Of a DNA stretch of 64,000 nucleotides, positions 29,422-37,980 are shown one piece after another. The notes beneath the pieces were generated by a model, which was given only the letters and a program-made list of their open reading frames with translations, searched no databases and was not told where the DNA came from. The stretch spans positions 91 through 64,090 of the forward strand of contig JAECQY010000003.1 in the NCBI GenBank assembly GCA_016000045.1, given 5' to 3'. This stretch comes from Myxococcaceae bacterium (GTDB lineage Bacteria > Myxococcota > UBA727 > JABDBI01). Position numbers and translations under genes: made by a program. Position 1 is the stretch's first letter; each line of letters starts with the position of its first letter.

Positions 29422-31308
29422 ATGGTTTCTAGATGTCTGCTGGTTGCTTGTTTGGGAGCTCTGGCTGTTTCGAGTTTAGCCGGTATGGTGAATTTGACTT
29501 CCGTGGACGCTGCTACCTCGGCTTCTTGGGTGCAGCTGTTTGAAAATCGTTTGCTCACTCGAGCGGATGCCCAAGCTTTATCATTGAGCGGCATCCGAGG
29601 AGTTTTAGAGGCCTTAGCGCCTCAAATCAAAGCGCAGCCCGGTTACACGGGGATCTTTATCGCAAATTGCTCGCTGTACGTGAATACGATTCTCGAACGA
29701 GTGAGTTGCAATATCAGTTCTCCAGAAGCGGCGGTGCTAAGCGTGGCCCCTCTTTTGACGAATCAGACGCGTTTGCCTTGGGACTACGCCTACGAAATTA
29801 CGCGGAGTCACATTGTGCTGGTGAATGCATGGGTAGACTGGACGGGTCGATTGGCGTTGTATGACGAAGACTATGCGATTGCGGCCTACCCACGAATCGC
29901 GACCTGCAGTGCATCGATCACGCATACGGAGACAAACCCGAGCCTGACGGAGGCTCCGAGCGCTTCGCTCACCCAAAGCCACCGTGTAAGCGAATCGCTG
30001 AGCCCGAGTAGAAGTCCGAGTCTTTCACCAAGTGTTTCCGGTACACGAACTCTTGAACCGATTTTGACGCGAACGGAAAGCGACGATGGGAGCATGAGCG
30101 ACACGAACAGTCGAAGCCAGATCCTCAGCGCGAGCCCGAGTCTTTCACCAAGTGTTTCCGGTACACGAACTCTTGAACCGACTTTGACGCGAACGGAAAG
30201 CGACGATGGGAGCATGAGTGACACGAACAGTCGAAGCCAGACCCTCAGCGCGAGTCCGAGTCCTGAGCCCAGTCGATCATCGACCCAGACCGGCAGCTGC
30301 GCCAAGACGTTGAGCAGCAGCTCAAGTCTCAGCCTTTCGCCGAACCTTAGTTGGACAGAATCCGCCACTCCCAGCGAAGATCCAAGTTCCAGTGTAACTC
30401 TATACAATGGTCTCTTTGCCGCCTGGCATCGAAGTACCGGAGTCTATGCGGATGGCACGAGCCAACCGACTCGCTATTCGACGAGCAACGGCGTGGTAAC
30501 GGATGCTCTAACAGGCTTGCAATGGCAACTAAGTCCAAGTGCGTCCGTGATGAGTTGGGGCAATGGGGTCTCTTCCTGCGCGGCTGCTTCTACCGGAGGC
30601 TATTCGGATTGGAGGCTTCCGAATAACGTGGAGTTACTCACCTTGGTGGACTATACGATTGCTTCTACAGGCTCGACGCCTGGAATCAACGCGGTGTTTT
30701 CGGGGACTCCTTTGAACTATTTTTACACATCGACGCCTTTAGTAGGTTCTGCCAGCAAAAATCCATGGTGGGTGAGCTTTGGCCAGAATGCTTGTTATTC
30801 GGGTTTTCTGGAGAGCTTGGAATATAACCCGAGTTGTACGCCTGCGGTAGCTTCTCAGGGTTACGTTCGTTGTGTTCGATCGCCTTCAGAGGCACCTCTT
30901 CCTTTGAACCGATATACGATTGAAAGTGGCGCGGCATTAGGGACGGTGACCGATCAGGTCACGGGTTTGATTTGGCAGAAGGTAGCGCCTACCAGCGGGG
31001 GTCCGAATGGTAACGGGCTTTATACTCAATCGCAGGCTATCGCCTACTGCAGCAGTCTGAATCTAGGCGGTTCTGGAGCGGGAACGTGGCGCTTACCAAC
31101 AAACCGAGAGCTACAAACGCTGGTGGATTACAGCAAGGCCTATGGAAGCTTGATGATGGATACGACGGTGTTTTCGGGGGAACCGGCGAGCGGGTTTTGG
31201 TCGTCTCTGGTTGAATCCGCGTCCCGCGAATGGGGTGTACATTTCGGTGTTGGCCTTGTCTACACGAGTTACTTTACTAATACTTACTTTGTCCGTTGTG
31301 TGCGTTGA
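29422..31308 (+). CDS. secreted family member: conserved N-domain, Ser/Thr-rich linker with 2 x 40-aa exact repeats, two C-terminal DUF1566 modules
   Basis: Signal peptide MVSRCLLVACLGALAVSSLAG (AGGAG SD before ATG 29422; the track ORF starts at 29329). N-domain PQIKAQPGYTGIFIANCSLYVNTILERVSCNI...DWTGR. DUF1566 units WRLPNNVELLTLVDY...VRCVR and WRLPTNRELQTLVDY...VRCVR. Confidence 0.8.
   Translation: MVSRCLLVACLGALAVSSLAGMVNLTSVDAATSASWVQLFENRLLTRADAQALSLSGIRGVLEALAPQIKAQPGYTGIFIANCSLYVNTILERVSCNISSPEAAVLSVAPLLTNQTRLPWDYAYEITRSHIVLVNAWVDWTGRLALYDEDYAIAAYPRIATCSASITHTETNPSLTEAPSASLTQSHRVSESLSPSRSPSLSPSVSGTRTLEPILTRTESDDGSMSDTNSRSQILSASPSLSPSVSGTRTLEPTLTRTESDDGSMSDTNSRSQTLSASPSPEPSRSSTQTGSCAKTLSSSSSLSLSPNLSWTESATPSEDPSSSVTLYNGLFAAWHRSTGVYADGTSQPTRYSTSNGVVTDALTGLQWQLSPSASVMSWGNGVSSCAAASTGGYSDWRLPNNVELLTLVDYTIASTGSTPGINAVFSGTPLNYFYTSTPLVGSASKNPWWVSFGQNACYSGFLESLEYNPSCTPAVASQGYVRCVRSPSEAPLPLNRYTIESGAALGTVTDQVTGLIWQKVAPTSGGPNGNGLYTQSQAIAYCSSLNLGGSGAGTWRLPTNRELQTLVDYSKAYGSLMMDTTVFSGEPASGFWSSLVESASREWGVHFGVGLVYTSYFTNTYFVRCVR
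30015..30255. repeat. Intragenic tandem repeat, 2 x 120 bp (about 97% identical)
   Basis: gtccgagtctttcaccaagtgtttccggtacacgaactcttgaaccg... is repeated head-to-tail. Encodes SPSLSPSVSGTRTLEP(I/T)LTRTESDDGSMSDTNSRSQ(I/T)LSA twice. Confidence 0.85.
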
Positions 31309-31406
31309 AAACGGGGATTTTAACCGATTAAGCCTGCATGAGCATTGATAGATGTCGCGACTACATCCTTTAGCGGCCCTTCCGGATACCTATTTGTCAG
31401 CTATGA

Positions 31407-32627
31407 TTGACAAAAATAAAATTGTCTTGTACGATCGACAGCGTGTTAAGCGAAATAGATTTGATGGAAATTTTAAATGATTGGAGCTTTTGGGAAAAAG
31501 CGCCTTCTACAGCCGATGTGCATCGAGATGTCGAACTACCCAAAAGTTTATCCGCAGATTTGGTATTAATTATCCAAGGGGTACGCCGTGGAGGTAAATC
31601 GACTTTACTGCAGCAAATACCAGCTCACTACCAGTTTAGTTTAGCAAACTGCTATTATTGCAATTTTGAAGATCCGCGTCTTATCAATTGTTTGAACCAC
31701 GAACTACTGGGAGATATTGTACGAATCGCCCGGAAAGATAGACCCACCAACGAGCCATGCTATTTCTTCTTTGATGAGATCCAACATGTGTTTGCCTGGG
31801 AAAAATGGCTGCACATGCAGCTAGAAAGGCCAAAGCATAATTACTTTGTTGTCACAGGTTCAAGTTCTGTATTGCTCAGTGGGGAGTTTGATTCAGCTCT
31901 TACAGGGCGTCACAGAACACTCCAATTATATCCATTTTCGTTTAGGGAATATTTAAAATTGTTTCCAGAGCGAATGCTTGAGTCTTATTTGATGAGCGGA
32001 GGATTTCCTAGGACACTGACTCATGGTGAGCCCAAACTCTTGTTGCAGGAATATTTTAATGACATCCTTTTAAGAGATGTATTAAGGCGTGTTGGAGCTC
32101 GATCTGTTGATCCGATTAAACAAGTTGCTAAATTGGCGTTTGATACTTGTGGGTCACAATTAAGCTACAGAAAAATCGCTGCCATCACTCATTTAACTGT
32201 AGAAACGGTTCAAAACCATCTGTTGGCTTGTGAACAGGCTTATCTACTATTTAATTGTTCTTTTTTTGCATTCTCGGAAAAGAAACGTTTGAGCCGCCAT
32301 AAAAAATTCTACCCCATTGATCCTGGTCTACGAACTGCAGTCACCAGCAACACAAGTCGTGATTACGGCAAAGCACTCGAGCAGCTTGTCTTTTTGAAAT
32401 TAAAACAACAGTGTGATCAGGTGTACTACTGGGAATCGCCTTTGGGAGGCGAAGTGGATTTTGTTACGGTCTCTGGAGATACAATCACGCCTTATCAAGT
32501 CACCTGGCAGGAAGCGAAGCCCAGGCACGAGAAAGCACTGGGTAGCTTCTATGAATCATTTCCACAGGCGAACGAAGCCATAATCATTCAGCAACAGAAT
32601 GCGGCTGACTTTCTATTAGGTCCTTAG
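31407..32627 (+). CDS. AAA+ ATPase of the AAA_14/DUF4143 type
   Basis: Walker A GVRRGGKSTLLQQI. Walker B FFFDEIQ. C-terminal region typical of DUF4143 ATP-binding proteins (from memory). Confidence 0.7.
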   Translation: MTKIKLSCTIDSVLSEIDLMEILNDWSFWEKAPSTADVHRDVELPKSLSADLVLIIQGVRRGGKSTLLQQIPAHYQFSLANCYYCNFEDPRLINCLNHELLGDIVRIARKDRPTNEPCYFFFDEIQHVFAWEKWLHMQLERPKHNYFVVTGSSSVLLSGEFDSALTGRHRTLQLYPFSFREYLKLFPERMLESYLMSGGFPRTLTHGEPKLLLQEYFNDILLRDVLRRVGARSVDPIKQVAKLAFDTCGSQLSYRKIAAITHLTVETVQNHLLACEQAYLLFNCSFFAFSEKKRLSRHKKFYPIDPGLRTAVTSNTSRDYGKALEQLVFLKLKQQCDQVYYWESPLGGEVDFVTVSGDTITPYQVTWQEAKPRHEKALGSFYESFPQANEAIIIQQQNAADFLLGP

Positions 32628-32639
32628 ATACTGAAAAAA

Positions 32640-32800
32640 ACGAACCAACCGTGTTTTTACCCGTAAACCGCACACCATTATCTGTCAGAATCGTGTGGAT
32701 TTTGTAAGGCACCGTGTTGAACTGGGCTTGCATGCTGGTGAGCGCGAATGTAACTTCCATCGATGAGTACCTACTCCGGAAAAATGCCTCCCAGAGCTCT
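32640..32800 (-). pseudogene. Remnant of a DDE (rve/IS481-IS3-like) transposase catalytic core
   Basis: Minus-strand translation ...SSMEVTFALTSMQAQFNTVPYKIHTILTDNGVRFTGKN. This resembles the ...F...A...G..ver.mTDNGsef segment of rve integrase cores. No N-terminal part follows. Confidence 0.3.
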
Positions 32801-32919
32801 TTGGATACCCAATAAAGAGTTTCAATTTGTGAAACTATATCAGTGACGCGGGATTTATCCAGGTATTGCTCAAGCCTGTTTACGCCTGTAGAAACTAATT
32901 GATTTTATGAGGTATCGCA

Positions 32920-34629
32920 ATGAATCTACGAAATGTGATGTTGGTAGGATTTCACCTGGTATTTTGTTTGACCCAGGCTCAAGCTCAGTCGTCTGTATTT
33001 TTGGGAGCCACTCATCTTTTTAGGCCATGGGATGGCTACCAGGCGATTGCCAAGTCCATTACAGATTCTGTTAGACAGACTCATGATATTGAGAAAGAAG
33101 CGAGGACTAGAAAACCATACCGCGATCTTTTCAAAAAACCTCAATCTGAGCTCGAAAGGTTGATTGCCCTAAGAGGAGATCGAATCACTGATCTGTGTAG
33201 TAGGCTTCAAGACAGAAGACGTACGATTCAATCGCCAGAGAATCTTAAGCTAGGCGAATCAGACAATTATGTGAGCCTGCTGTTAGAGCTGGCGCGGCTT
33301 TTGGATCCCAGTCAATGGCGTGGATTACTTGTTTATGCAGCAAGCAGTACAGGGCATTTCCTCGGAGTCTTGGAGAATCCTGGCGATGATCTGAGGCCGG
33401 TTCCCATATCAACACAAATTCCTATGCCTGGCTTACTTGAAGCTCCGGGCTTACAAGAGCAAGGCTGCGGCGGACATCTGTGGGCAGAGGAGTCTGATAG
33501 CGGACGAGTGGTTCATGCGAATAGTGCAGACAAGCGGAAAAGGTATGTTTGTTTGGGGTGTCGTGAGCGTCTGATTTTTCGTAACGGTGAGGTCAATCGA
33601 GCACATTTTGCCCATCGTGGTGGTAGTTCGTGTGGCGGAGGGGCTCTTGAAACCTTTGCACATCGATTGGCAAAGCAGTACTTATCAGAGAATTTAGATA
33701 GGTGGCGATTTATTGAGCAATGCAGTGAATGCTCAGACCCACTGGGGGTTAGACAGTTTTCAAGTTTACAGGGCTTTTCTGCCCAAGAAGAGCGTTCTGT
33801 GGAACACCGGAAGATTGTTGATGTGATGGTGACTAAAAATGGGAAAGAGCATACCGCTTTGGAGGTCCATCATACGCATGCGGTTGACGCGGAAAAGTCA
33901 AACTTTCTGACCGAAAGAGGGATTACTTTAATTGAAGTCAACGCAACAGATGTGCTTAATGGATTCAACAACAACTCATTTACTGTGCGTTTTGATTCAA
34001 CCGAAATCTGTCTCAAGTGTGAACAACGTAAGTGCAGACCCTGCAAGCAGTGCAATAAAGGGTTCCTTAAGACTGAATTGCATGAAATTGCCCCTGGCTC
34101 AGATTCTGAGTATCGATCAGATTTTGTGTGTGTGAGTTGCCGCGGAGAATGTCCTTGTTGCGGCGAGGGGATGACTAAAGATGATTTGAAACGTTGGAGG
34201 CGATGCTATGACTGCAATCAAAAGCGCAAAAGAGCGAGAGAAGAAGTGGATGCGACACTAAGAGCACAAAAAGTTCAGTTGGAAGAAGATGAATTAAATT
34301 TGCGTCGCAGGGTTACACTTGAAGAAAAACAGCGATTTGACAGTATTTCATATGAATTTAAGAAGCCAGAAAGAGAAAGAAAACACCAGCAAGAGATTGA
34401 AAATCAAGCCAAGCGAATATTAGCTCAAAATCGGGTTAATCTTTCCGCGCAGTTTCGTGAAAAAGAAGATGTTAAAGCGATCAAAGCTGGAGCGCGGTGG
34501 GATCCAGAGAAGAAGACTTGGTATTGCCCAGTAGCCAGTATGAAGGCTTACGAGCGCTGGTTACAGCATCTCGACAGAGAAGTAGTGTCCAAGATTGAGG
34601 AACTGATTGCCAAAAGACAGACGAGGTAG
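32920..34629 (+). CDS. CoiA-like nuclease-family protein with signal peptide, Zn-ribbon cluster, coiled coil and C-terminal GARWD..KxWY module
   Basis: MNLRNVMLVGFHLVFCLTQAQAQ signal. YVCLGCRERLIFRNGEVNRAHFAHRGG (CxxC...HFAH as in competence protein CoiA). VDVMVTKNGKEHTALEVHHTH...ERGITLIEVNA. CLKCEQRKCRPCKQC and CVSCRGECPCCG. Charged coiled coil. Terminal KAIKAGARWDPEKKTWYCP. Confidence 0.6.
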   Translation: MNLRNVMLVGFHLVFCLTQAQAQSSVFLGATHLFRPWDGYQAIAKSITDSVRQTHDIEKEARTRKPYRDLFKKPQSELERLIALRGDRITDLCSRLQDRRRTIQSPENLKLGESDNYVSLLLELARLLDPSQWRGLLVYAASSTGHFLGVLENPGDDLRPVPISTQIPMPGLLEAPGLQEQGCGGHLWAEESDSGRVVHANSADKRKRYVCLGCRERLIFRNGEVNRAHFAHRGGSSCGGGALETFAHRLAKQYLSENLDRWRFIEQCSECSDPLGVRQFSSLQGFSAQEERSVEHRKIVDVMVTKNGKEHTALEVHHTHAVDAEKSNFLTERGITLIEVNATDVLNGFNNNSFTVRFDSTEICLKCEQRKCRPCKQCNKGFLKTELHEIAPGSDSEYRSDFVCVSCRGECPCCGEGMTKDDLKRWRRCYDCNQKRKRAREEVDATLRAQKVQLEEDELNLRRRVTLEEKQRFDSISYEFKKPERERKHQQEIENQAKRILAQNRVNLSAQFREKEDVKAIKAGARWDPEKKTWYCPVASMKAYERWLQHLDREVVSKIEELIAKRQTR

Positions 34630-34784
34630 TTGTATAGATGGTATCGGCCCCAATATCAGAGACCCATGAACAGCCAGACACAATCTGCTGGACTAAACAG
34701 GTGCTTTAATCTGAATAAAAGGGGGCGCTCCTTTGGAAAAGTTTCTTTTATTCCGCCAGTCTCATACGTGTTCGGACCTACTCA

Positions 34785-34826
34785 TCCCCAATTTTAGGCA
34801 AACTCAAATTGAGGACACGCCCTAGG
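34785..34826. repeat. Conserved ~40-bp intergenic element with CTCAAATTGAG palindrome; copy 2 (about 35-75 nt upstream of cdnL)
   Basis: ccccaattttagGcaaactcaaattgaggacacGccctag; see 927-966. Confidence 0.6.
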
Positions 34827-34859
34827 CAAATCCGCTTTTTTGTGTCAGGTTTCGAACCC

Positions 34860-35348
34860 ATGATCAAGTTTAATGTAGGGGATAAAGTGGTCTACCCCGC
34901 GCATGGGGTTGCTGAGGTTATCAGCATCGAGGTCAGAGAGATGGGAGGGGATCCGCAAACCTTCTATGTCTTGAGCATTCTAGAGAACTCGATGCGGGTC
35001 ATGGTTCCGACTCCGAACGTTGATCAGGTTGGCATGCGCGAAATTGTGTCCAGCCAAGAAGCGGATCAGGTTTTCGAGATTCTTAGAAAACGTGAAAAAG
35101 TTGTTGAATCGACGACTTGGAATCGAAGGCATCGAGAATACCTTGAAAAGATTAAATCGGGTTCCATCTTTGAAGTCGCTAAAGTCTTACGAGACTTGTA
35201 CGTTTTGAGGGGAGATAAAGAACTCAGTTTTGGAGAGCGAAAAATTTTAGATACGGCCCGATCTTTATTGGTTCGAGAGCTCAGTTTATCGAAAGGAATT
35301 TCGCATGAGGAAGTGGAAACTAAGTTTCGGTCGATTTTTCGCTGTTAG
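34860..35348 (+). CDS. cdnL: CarD-family transcriptional regulator CdnL
   Basis: MIKFNVGDKVVYPAHGVAEVISIE... RNAP-interacting N-domain; ~162 aa. The track ORF starts at 34809. Confidence 0.85.
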   Translation: MIKFNVGDKVVYPAHGVAEVISIEVREMGGDPQTFYVLSILENSMRVMVPTPNVDQVGMREIVSSQEADQVFEILRKREKVVESTTWNRRHREYLEKIKSGSIFEVAKVLRDLYVLRGDKELSFGERKILDTARSLLVRELSLSKGISHEEVETKFRSIFRC

Positions 35349-35796
35349 CTTTTTAGCGGCTGGCTTGAGTTGGCTTTTATGGGACCGTGTTCCGAGCCTT
35401 GTTTATTTTTTTAACGGACATCCTACACAAATTGAAGGTGTTCTGGGGAATCGAGCAGGGGAGGTCTCCGGGTTTTTACCCGGCACCTTCTGGCTGGGTC
35501 CTATTGAAATTCGAAATGTTCTTGGGCAACCGTATTTTGTGGCAACCCAAAAGCCGCTGCAGCCATTTACACAAATAAAGCTCCACGGGCGCTTGGTTGA
35601 TTTTGGCGAAGAAAGTCAATTTCGAACCGTTCGTCGCTTTTTTATTGAACGACTGGGCATGATAATCCCTGAGGGCGCTCAGCTCCTGCTGGTAGGAGAA
35701 GAACCCATGCAGCAGTGGCGTTACCCTATGCTATTTGGTCTGGCGTTTTTGGTTTTTGGGGTTGTTCTGATTCGCAATCTTTCAAAGCATTCTTGA
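35305..35796 (+). CDS. questionable hypothetical membrane-protein ORF
   Basis: 163-aa ORF overlapping the cdnL 3' end. Its C-terminal hydrophobic stretch is antisense to the tatA helix. May be spurious. Confidence 0.25.
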   Translation: MRKWKLSFGRFFAVSFLAAGLSWLLWDRVPSLVYFFNGHPTQIEGVLGNRAGEVSGFLPGTFWLGPIEIRNVLGQPYFVATQKPLQPFTQIKLHGRLVDFGEESQFRTVRRFFIERLGMIIPEGAQLLLVGEEPMQQWRYPMLFGLAFLVFGVVLIRNLSKHS

Positions 35797-35911
35797 AATT
35801 TCGAATGGCGCTACCAAGTCCTGTTGCAATCCCGGGTAGACGTTTTCCTCCAAATAGGAGAAGAACGATCGCAAATACCAGCATGAGTTCCCATGGGCCA
35901 ACACCAAACAT
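35726..35911 (-). CDS. tatA: twin-arginine translocase subunit TatA/E
   Basis: MFGVGPWELMLVFAIVLLLFGGKRLPGIATGLGSAIRNFKNAL is the canonical TatA TM helix plus amphipathic-helix signature. ATG 35911; a GTG 6 nt upstream is also possible. Confidence 0.8.
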   Translation of the reverse strand: MFGVGPWELMLVFAIVLLLFGGKRLPGIATGLGSAIRNFKNALKDCESEQPQKPKTPDQIA

Positions 35912-36662
35912 TTTCACCCCTTTAGACCTCGACTCAGAAGTCTTGCTCGCGCACGCTTTTCGTTGTGACAGGCTGGGCCTGCGGATGGCTTTGGCAGATT
36001 ATCAAAATTTTGTAAAGCGCAGACAAACAGGAGAACCTGTGGCCTATATCACAGGGCATCGTGAATTCTACGGTTATGATTTTGAGGTCACGCCGGACGT
36101 TTTAATCCCGAGACCCGATACCGAGCTGCTGGTTGAAGCTGCACTCAAGCGTTTGCCAACCGATCGACCTTTACGCGTCATTGATGTTTGCACAGGCTCG
36201 GGTTGCGTAGGCATCGCTTTGGCACGAGAGCGTCCCAATCTCTCCGTGGTAGCCATTGATCTCAGTGCTGAGGCCGCTCAGGTAGCTCAACGTAATGCGC
36301 TTCGCCATCAGGTAGCACATCGAGTAGAAGTACGAGTAGGAAATTTACTGGATCCCGTTTTGGGCGAAGGGCCTTCATTTGACCTCTTGGTTGCGAATCC
36401 TCCTTATATTAAACCCGAAGCTTATCCTGTCTTAATGCCCGAAGTTCTAAATTTTGAGCCCCAAATGGCCTTGCTTGGTATGGGAGCCGAAGGTTTGGGG
36501 CATCATGAGCAAATCCTCCAGAAAGCTTGCAAGGTATTAAAAAAAGGCGCTTTTGTTTTGATGGAAATCGGGTACGATCAAGGCCCATTTTTTGAAGGTA
36601 TTGGTAAAGTTATGCAAGATCTTGCTGGGCAAGATCGGGTTGTGGAGATAGTCTGTGGATAA
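35883..36662 (+). CDS. prmC: release factor glutamine N5-methyltransferase PrmC (HemK)
   Basis: VLIPRPDTELLVE, VIDVCTGSGCVGIALA, LLVANPPYI (NPPY). Start MSSHGP at 35883 would overlap the tatA start region antisense by ~30 nt; true start may differ. 8-nt overlap with murA. Confidence 0.75.
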   Translation: MSSHGPTPNIFTPLDLDSEVLLAHAFRCDRLGLRMALADYQNFVKRRQTGEPVAYITGHREFYGYDFEVTPDVLIPRPDTELLVEAALKRLPTDRPLRVIDVCTGSGCVGIALARERPNLSVVAIDLSAEAAQVAQRNALRHQVAHRVEVRVGNLLDPVLGEGPSFDLLVANPPYIKPEAYPVLMPEVLNFEPQMALLGMGAEGLGHHEQILQKACKVLKKGAFVLMEIGYDQGPFFEGIGKVMQDLAGQDRVVEIVCG

Positions 36663-37980
36663 GCTTATAATTGAAGGTGGCAAGGTACTTGAAGGGGAAG
36701 TGAGCGTTTCGGGTTCGAAAAATGCGTCTTTACCGATTTTGGCAGCGACTCTTTTGGCCAGCGATGAAAGCATGGTTGAAAACGTACCGCACCTAGCGGA
36801 TGTTGCCACTTCCGCGGAGTTGCTTTCCCGGTTAGGAGTTCGCATCACGGAAGATCAGGGCATCATGATTTTAGACGCTCGATCCATTTCGAGCCTAGAA
36901 GCCACTTACGATGTTGTCAGCAAAATGCGAGCTTCTGTACTCGTCTTAGGACCCTTGCTGGCGCGATTTGGAAAAGCAAAAGTTTCCCTACCAGGCGGAT
37001 GTGCAATCGGTGCACGCCCCATCGATATGCACTTAAGCGGTCTTGAACAATTGGGCGCAAAAGTGACGCTCGAGCATGGTTACGTCGAAGCAGAAGCTCC
37101 TGCTGGTGGTTTGATTGGGAATCGTATCGTCTTTGATATCCCGAGTGTTGGAGCTACTGAAAATCTCATGATGGCGGCTTGTTTGGCTAAAGGAACAACC
37201 GTTTTAGAAAATGCGGCTCGAGAGCCTGAAATCGAAGAATTAGCGCAAGCGCTGAGTACCATGGGAGCTCGTATTTCTGGGGCAGGCAGCAGCATGATTC
37301 AGATTGAGGGCGTCCAAAACCTGAAGGGGATGCATCATCGAGTAGCGCCGGATCGTATTGAATCAGGAACTTTTATTGCCATTGCGGCTGCCACCCGAAG
37401 CAACTTGCTCATACGCAACATCCAACCAACGCATCTAAGCGCTGCTTTAGACTGTTTCCAAAAAGCAGGCTGTCGTTTTTCGGAAGAGCCCAACATGCTT
37501 CGCGTTATGGCACCGGATCGTTTGAAATCGGTCGATGTGCGAACCGAGCCTTACCCGGGTTTTCCAACGGATATGCAAGCTCAGTTTATGGCTTGCATGT
37601 CTCTTGCGGATGGAACGAGTCACATTGAAGAACATATTTGGGAAAATCGATTTATGCATACCCAAGAACTCTTGCGCATGGGCGCAGATATTTCGATGCA
37701 TGGAAATCTGGCTGTGGTCAGAGGCGTTGCACAGCTGAGTGGGGCGCAGGTCATGGCAACGGATCTTCGGGCTTCTGCGAGTTTGATCATCGCCGCTTTG
37801 GCGGCAGAGGGTGTGAGCGAAGTTTCCAGAATCTATCACTTGGATAGAGGTTACGTGGCTCTAGAGAAAAAACTCTCGGCGCTGGGTGCTCGCATTCAGC
37901 GAGTAACTGACCAGGTTCGAACACAGGAAGATAAGCCGCCTGCTGAGGCGGCTAGCTTTAAGCTAAACGCAGATTATTGA
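36655..37980 (+). CDS. murA: UDP-N-acetylglucosamine 1-carboxyvinyltransferase
   Basis: [35 protein letters not shown]. Catalytic Cys loop [13 protein letters not shown]. 441 aa. Confidence 0.95.
   Translation: MDKLIIEGGKVLEGEVSVSGSKNASLPILAATLLASDESMVENVPHLADVATSAELLSRLGVRITEDQGIMILDARSISSLEATYDVVSKMRASVLVLGPLLARFGKAKVSLPGGCAIGARPIDMHLSGLEQLGAKVTLEHGYVEAEAPAGGLIGNRIVFDIPSVGATENLMMAACLAKGTTVLENAAREPEIEELAQALSTMGARISGAGSSMIQIEGVQNLKGMHHRVAPDRIESGTFIAIAAATRSNLLIRNIQPTHLSAALDCFQKAGCRFSEEPNMLRVMAPDRLKSVDVRTEPYPGFPTDMQAQFMACMSLADGTSHIEEHIWENRFMHTQELLRMGADISMHGNLAVVRGVAQLSGAQVMATDLRASASLIIAALAAEGVSEVSRIYHLDRGYVALEKKLSALGARIQRVTDQVRTQEDKPPAEAASFKLNADY

Noticed and set aside
29886-30407. 173-aa minus-strand ORF with internal repeats
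   Set aside because: It lies wholly antisense within the S/T-rich repeat region of the DUF1566 family gene. The repeat structure is inherited from the sense strand.
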